A stretch of DNA of 64,000 nt from Eledone cirrhosa. Taxonomy: Eukaryota. The position numbers and the translations under genes are program-made. Shown here piece by piece: positions 58,420 through 64,000 of the stretch. The notes under the pieces are model-generated. The model saw only the letters and a program-made list of their open reading frames with translations. It was not told where the DNA came from and ran no database searches. The stretch spans positions 32,116,001-32,180,000 of the forward strand of contig OZ024750.1 in NCBI GenBank assembly GCA_964016885.1. Direction: 5' to 3'. The stretch's first letter is position 1; each line of letters opens with the position of its first letter.

Positions 58420-58690
58420 TTGTCGCATGGCCTAGTGGTAAAGTGTTGGGCTTACGCTCATGATGTCGTAGGTTCGATTCCTGAAGTTGGTTGTGTGTTG
58501 TGTTCTTGACTCAAACACCTCATTTCACGTTACCTCAGCTGAAAATGAGTACCCGCAATAGGTGAAGGTTTAACCCTGCGATGGACTGACGTTTTGTCTA
58601 GTGGGGAGAAGTATTGTACTCTGAGTCGCTTAATGCCACACAAACCGGGATAAGACCCGGATAGATGACGCACAGGGCTCGAGAGGGACA
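58420..58690 (+). mobile_element. family-B SINE (tRNA head, CORE-like and V-like segments)
   Basis: TGGCCTAGTGGTAAAG, GGTTCGATTCC, GTGTTCTTGA..ACACC, CCTGCGATGGACTG. Confidence 0.7.
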
Positions 58691-59049
58691 TTATACTTTT
58701 TAGAATTCTACGCTCTCCAACCATATAAGTCAACAGTAACTGTCCATTAGTTGGACTATGACGTCACGAAAAGTTGGGTATTGAAAAGGTGGATATTGAA
58801 ACAAGTAGTGGAGAAATGACGTGATAAATGTCATGGTGGTTAATATTGTAAGTAAGTTGCCATATGACCTCACAAAATGTCACAGGGTTTAGTAGTCTAA
58901 TTACGTTGCCATATGACGTCAGAAAATGCCAAAGACTTTGGTTTTGTAATGAGACACGCTTGTTTGTCCCGATGGTTAATTGTACGTCCATTTTAGCTCT
59001 TCAGTTTGTTTTATCCAACATATGTCAGACCATGTTGAAACACTACCCC

Positions 59050-59250
59050 TAACGAAGGAACAGTGGTAAGGAACCAGATGGACAATAACGTACCAGAGTA
59101 CTCAATACTTAGGGTAGTAGAGTGGGTAATAGGAAAATGTTTGACCCCCACGGCAGAGCTCAAGCCGTTTCGACGGCTATTTCTGGACTATTCCAGAAAT
59201 AGCCGTCGAAACGGCTTGAGCTCTGCCGTCGAAGTCAAACATTTTCCTAT
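59050..59250 (-). mobile_element. short fold-back + tail, same family as 21752-21955, opposite orientation
   Basis: GAGCTCAAGCCGTTTCGACGGCTATTTCTGGA/TCCAGAAATAGCCGTCGAAACGGCTTGAGCTC. Confidence 0.78.
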
Positions 59251-59261
59251 ATATATATATA

Positions 59262-59361
<100 letters not shown>

Positions 59362-60545
59362 TGTGTTGTGTAATGTGGATCGTAAAAAGGAAACATGTGA
59401 GTATTCAATGATTAATATTTGTCGTTACATGTTAGCGGTAATTCTGTGTGTCAAGTAGAATTTTTCTGATAGTTAATGCTCTGGTCATCGTTGCAAACGT
59501 GAGAAAGTTGAGATAATTGATATTATAATTATGATGTGGAAGACTTCAAAGACATTTTACATCAATATCTTGATTTCTGTCGCTTTTTTATGCTTTTTTT
59601 CTTGTCTCATACGTGACATTTGTAGAATAGCCTCCGTCAAAATTGGATTAATTAAGCGTCTGATACAAGATTCAAATAGTGAGAATTGGAAAACTTGTCC
59701 GCAGTAATTAAAATATGTATATGTACGGAAGATAGTTGATGAAATGATGACTCCGTGGCAATGAGCCTGTTGTAATAGATCTTATTTAATGTTTATATAT
59801 AAGGAATATGGATAATTTATTGCAAAGTACAACATAATTAAAGAAAACAGGATAGATAATTGTTTAAAAAAGATACAAGAGAATACAAAAACTGCTAATC
59901 AAGCAAATTGATTAATTCGACGTAATTAATTTAGTATTTTAATCACGATGCTAATTACGAAAGTGATTATCTGATCTTTTCTGTTATAGATTTATAATTT
60001 TTAGAAGAAGTGAGAGAGAGATCCTGCTTTCTGCTCTTATCGTTTTAACAAAGAGAGCTACATAATTCTTTCTTTCTATCTTTAATAATCTAGTGTTTTG
60101 CAATATTTCTCTTTGTGTTATGTACTTCTAATTCCATCAAATCGTTTATCCATTCATTCATTCATCTATGGGGATCTGAACATAGCTAATTTCTTCCAGA
60201 GAAATATAAAGAGGGTGCAAGAGAAAATGTGAAATGGAGATATAAAGGAAACTTTGACACTGGACTGCTATTATATTGACCTTGAAAGCAAGAAATACAA
60301 AGTTGAACCTCAAACACAGACAGACAGAACGATTAAACAAGACAGTCTATCCGACGTTAGAACGTAACTGTCAATTCACCGACTTTAAATCAATTATATG
60401 AGATAATACATTTCTTTTATTGGATATGCTGGTTTGTGCAGAACATTTTGAAGGAATTATTGTTTATGTTTACCCTTCATATCAAACCGAGAGATAAAAA
60501 GCAACACACACTCACACGCATATATATATATATAAATATATATAT

Positions 60546-60889
60546 ACTTTTATTATTCAAAATGTTAACAAATGAAAAATATTCGCATAATCAAAATATA
60601 TACTTTATTATATATATTTCAAAGGTACTGTGTAGTTTCAGTACTTTTTCTTCAGACAAAATATATGATTTGATATATGACATACAGCTAAGGTCTTGAT
60701 TATTCAATTCCAGTATTGTCAGTGATTTATTTCATCAAATCTCAACGTTTTTATATCATATATCAAATCATATATTTTGTCTGATGAAAACGTACTGAAA
60801 CAACACAGTACCTTTGAAATATATATATAATAAAGTACCATATATTTTGATTATGTGAATATTTTTCATTTGTTAACATTTTGAATAAT

Positions 60890-60895
<6 letters not shown>
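60546..60895. mobile_element. HHR fold-back (HHRs 60601-60663 minus, 60773-60837 plus)
   Basis: TTTTGT-CTGA(T/A)GA-AAA.GTACTG..CAGTACCTTT-GAAA-TATA..ATA-ATAAAG on both arms; TA-rich flanks. Confidence 0.82.
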
Positions 60896-60962
<67 letters not shown>

Positions 60963-60963
60963 C

Positions 60964-61052
<89 letters not shown>

Positions 61053-61174
61053 TAGTTCCACAACAGTTAGTTTACCATACCGAGAACATGTACTGAGTGC
61101 TACTAATACGGATATAACGCTCACCAGTGTTTTACTATTATATATATATATATATACACACATAGACACACACA

Positions 61175-61272
<98 letters not shown>

Positions 61273-61434
61273 TATATATATATACATGTAAAAGGTAAAC
61301 AGATATAACATAGTCATCTGATCATGTGTTAGTTTAACACAACCACTTCAAAACGCATGGTAGAGCACTCAAAGAAGTCCACAAAAGCGTCTGTAAACTC
61401 CGGAGTAAATATTTCATAATTCACTTCTTTTATT

Positions 61435-61493
61435 ACCGTTATATATATTTCGGTCATAGCCACAATTCAACAGCTATCACCTCTTCAGACAGT
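61435..61493 (-). ncRNA. type I hammerhead, family of 48573
   Basis: reverse complement: ACTGT-CTGAAGA-GGTGATAGCTG..TGGCTATGACC-GAAA-TATAT-ATA-ACGGT. Confidence 0.8.
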
Positions 61494-61588
61494 TAGAAGC
61501 TACACAGAAAACAAAGTTTATTTTGCGGAAAATAATATCAGAGAAAAATAAAGTTTTTAACTGTTATTATAACTGTTATTATAAAATA

Positions 61589-61781
61589 AGGGCGGTGAAT
61601 TGGCTGCATCGGTAGAGGGTTGGACGCCATGCTTTGACGCATAGAGTTACGGCCCTTGCCATTCTGAGTTCAAATCCTGCCGAGGTTAACCTTGCCTTTT
61701 ATCGTTACGGAGTCGATAAAATAAAGTACCAGTAATGTACTGAGTAATTGCTGGCCTTGTGCCAATAGTAGAAACAATTAT
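61589..61781 (+). mobile_element. family-A SINE
   Basis: full-length match. Confidence 0.88.
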
Positions 61782-61829
61782 AAAAGAAGTGAATTATTAA
61801 ATGTCTTCTTGTTTATATATATATATATA

Positions 61830-63200
61830 TATAAATTAATAAAAACAATGAAATAAAAACAAAAAAAAAGGTTGCTTATATTGAAAAATTCATCATTTTA
61901 CGATCGTTTCTGGGATATATATGGGTGTTGGTATGTATATCATATTAAAGATCTATGTAAAAAGAAATATTACAAATAATCAGAGGAGATATACATACCT
62001 TCACCTATACATGCCATCTTCAGAAATGATGAAGTATGTTTATTGAAAGAAACAAAGTATTAAATTTTAACTCTGTAAGTATATCTATCAATTAATATAA
62101 TTTCCTTTTATGTATCTAGGTTTCTTGTTTCTTGATATTTAAATAGTATTAGTATTTCTCACTAACACTCTCATCACCCCAATTTTTTTTCCCTTCGCTT
62201 TTAACAGCATTATTTGATAACATCCAGGGCGGTGAATTGGCAGTATCGGTAGAGGGTTGGACGCCATGCTTTGACGCATAGAGTTACGGCCCTTGCCATT
62301 CTGAGTTCAAATCCCGCCGAGGTTAACTTTGCCTTTCATCCTTATGGGGTCGATAAAATAAAGTACCAGTAATGTACTGGATAATTGCTGGCCTTGTGCC
62401 AAAAGTAGAAACAATTATTTGATAACATCCTTACGGGGTCGATAAAATAAAGTACCAGTAATGCACTGGTTAATTGCTGGCCTTGTGCCTAAAGTAGAAA
62501 CAATTATTTGATAACATCAATCCCGCCGAGGTTAACTTTGCCTTTCATCCTTACGGGGTCGATAAAATAAAGTACCAGTAATGTACTGGTTAATTGCTGG
62601 CCTTGTGCCAATAGTAGAAACAATTATTTGATAACATCAATTTTTTGGGAATCCTTCAATATCTCCTTGATTTGATCTCATTTTAACCCCTATCTCTTCC
62701 CCATTGTATTCTTTTCATTCAAAGCATACATTTACATTCCTCCACTCCTAGCATTAAGTTCTACTGTTATTCTATCAACTTGACCGTTAACTCCTTTCTA
62801 TTGGTCAATTCAAAACCTGTTCCCAAACAGACTTTTTATATTAATACTTTGTTTCTTTCAATAAACATACTTCATCATTTCTGAAGATGGCATGTATAGG
62901 TGAAGGTATATATATCTCCTCTGATAATTTATAATATTTTTTTACATAGATCTTTAATATAATATACATACCAACACACATATATATCCCAGAAACGATC
63001 GTAAAATGATGAATTTTGCAATATAAGGAACCTGTTCTTTGTTTTTATTTCATTGTTTTTATTAATTTATCTTGACTCTGTTTTCCTATGATTTTTTATC
63101 TTTAATTTTTTAATGCATTTTCTCTTTTCATAATATCTTCTATATTTGGATTATATTGAGTTCTTCATACGGATTGGACACTGCCGTTTATTTTGGTAGA

Positions 63201-63203
<3 letters not shown>
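61830..63203 (+). mobile_element. PLE1-related non-coding fold-back (arms 61830-62064 / 62841-63069, tail 63070-63203) with long-stem-II HHRs at 61889-62033 (-) and 62871-63013 (+)
   Basis: TTCATCATTT-CTGAAGA..GAAA-CGATC-GTA-AAATGATGAA; the tail is homologous to 12295-12428. Confidence 0.88.
62210..62640 (+). mobile_element. family-A SINE plus two 3' fragments, each bounded by ATTATTTGATAACATC
   Basis: the 16-bp flank is repeated four times. Confidence 0.88.
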
Positions 63204-63290
<87 letters not shown>

Positions 63291-63321
63291 TAAATGGAAA
63301 CTATATTTATAAAACCATATT

Positions 63322-63385
63322 TATTTTATTATATATATTTCAAGGGCGACCAAGCATGCCTGGTGCGTTTTCAGCAGATAAAATA
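63322..63385 (-). ncRNA. hammerhead relic (core CTGCTGA), family of 30343
   Basis: reverse complement: TATTTTAT-CTGCTGA-AAACGCACCA..TGGTCGCCCTT-GAAA-TATAT-ATA-ATAAAATA. Confidence 0.55.
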
Positions 63386-63877
63386 CAAAATTTGTTTTAT
63401 AAATAACCCATGGAAATCAACCTTAACGGTCGGGAATTCGCTGGATAGTGGAAACTTATTAGGGGTAATTCAAAGTTATGTGTGAATATGCAAATGAATG
63501 TATGAAAAATTGAAAAAAATAACCGTTTATTTAAATTACGCTGGGGAAAGATAGGGAAGAAAGAGAAGAAAGAGAGAGAGAGAATTACTGTTATGAGATA
63601 GATAGAGGGATAGAGATAAGAAAGAAATTTATCAGAGGATGAACTCATGTAACGTAAATAAGTCTTAAGTTTATATTAATGTTACGTATATTTACTAATT
63701 AATGTTAGAATTCTAATATAATACAATATAATATTTACTATTATAAGTATATAGAAAAAATAGATATATAGAAAAAGTAACGGCTTTCAAAATGTTTATT
63801 TATAAGCATACCGCATTTCTTTAGAAATACGAAATTCTAATTCCAGTACAGGTCTGCTCGAAACTAAATTCTAATTC

Positions 63878-63991
<114 letters not shown>

Positions 63992-64000
63992 GTAATTAAA

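Noticed and set aside
62210-62640. CRISPR-like repeat-spacer pattern
   Set aside because: The spacers are SINE fragments, the context is eukaryotic, and there are no cas genes.

Overview
Repeat-saturated, AT-rich animal genomic DNA. The SINE families, the Tx1/RTE/Penelope content and the very large (TA)n/(CA)n tracts suggest a coleoid cephalopod, probably Octopus (inference). Nearly all track ORFs are microsatellite artefacts. The only host gene I can support is two spliced exons of a Huckebein-like C2H2 zinc-finger factor (21261-21415, 23097-23282). The rest is a Tx1/L1 LINE 3' end, RTE fragments, about 20 tRNA-derived SINE copies, and Penelope-like elements (PLEs, RT + C-terminal GIY-YIG, Nematis-like). 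The most striking signal is one recurring architecture, seen at sizes from about 0.2 to 8 kb and in several unrelated sequence families. It consists of head-to-head fold-back elements sitting in (TA)n, with a type I hammerhead ribozyme (HHR) near the outer end of each arm and a structured 35-135 nt tail on only one arm. In the main family the tail-less arm ends at the base of a conserved, covarying RNA stem. About 30 HHR-like motifs were found by eye (roughly 18 with intact cores), including ones with a ~100-116 nt stem II and a CCUAUGA core variant. All alignments and folds were done by eye, so coordinates may be off by a few bases.
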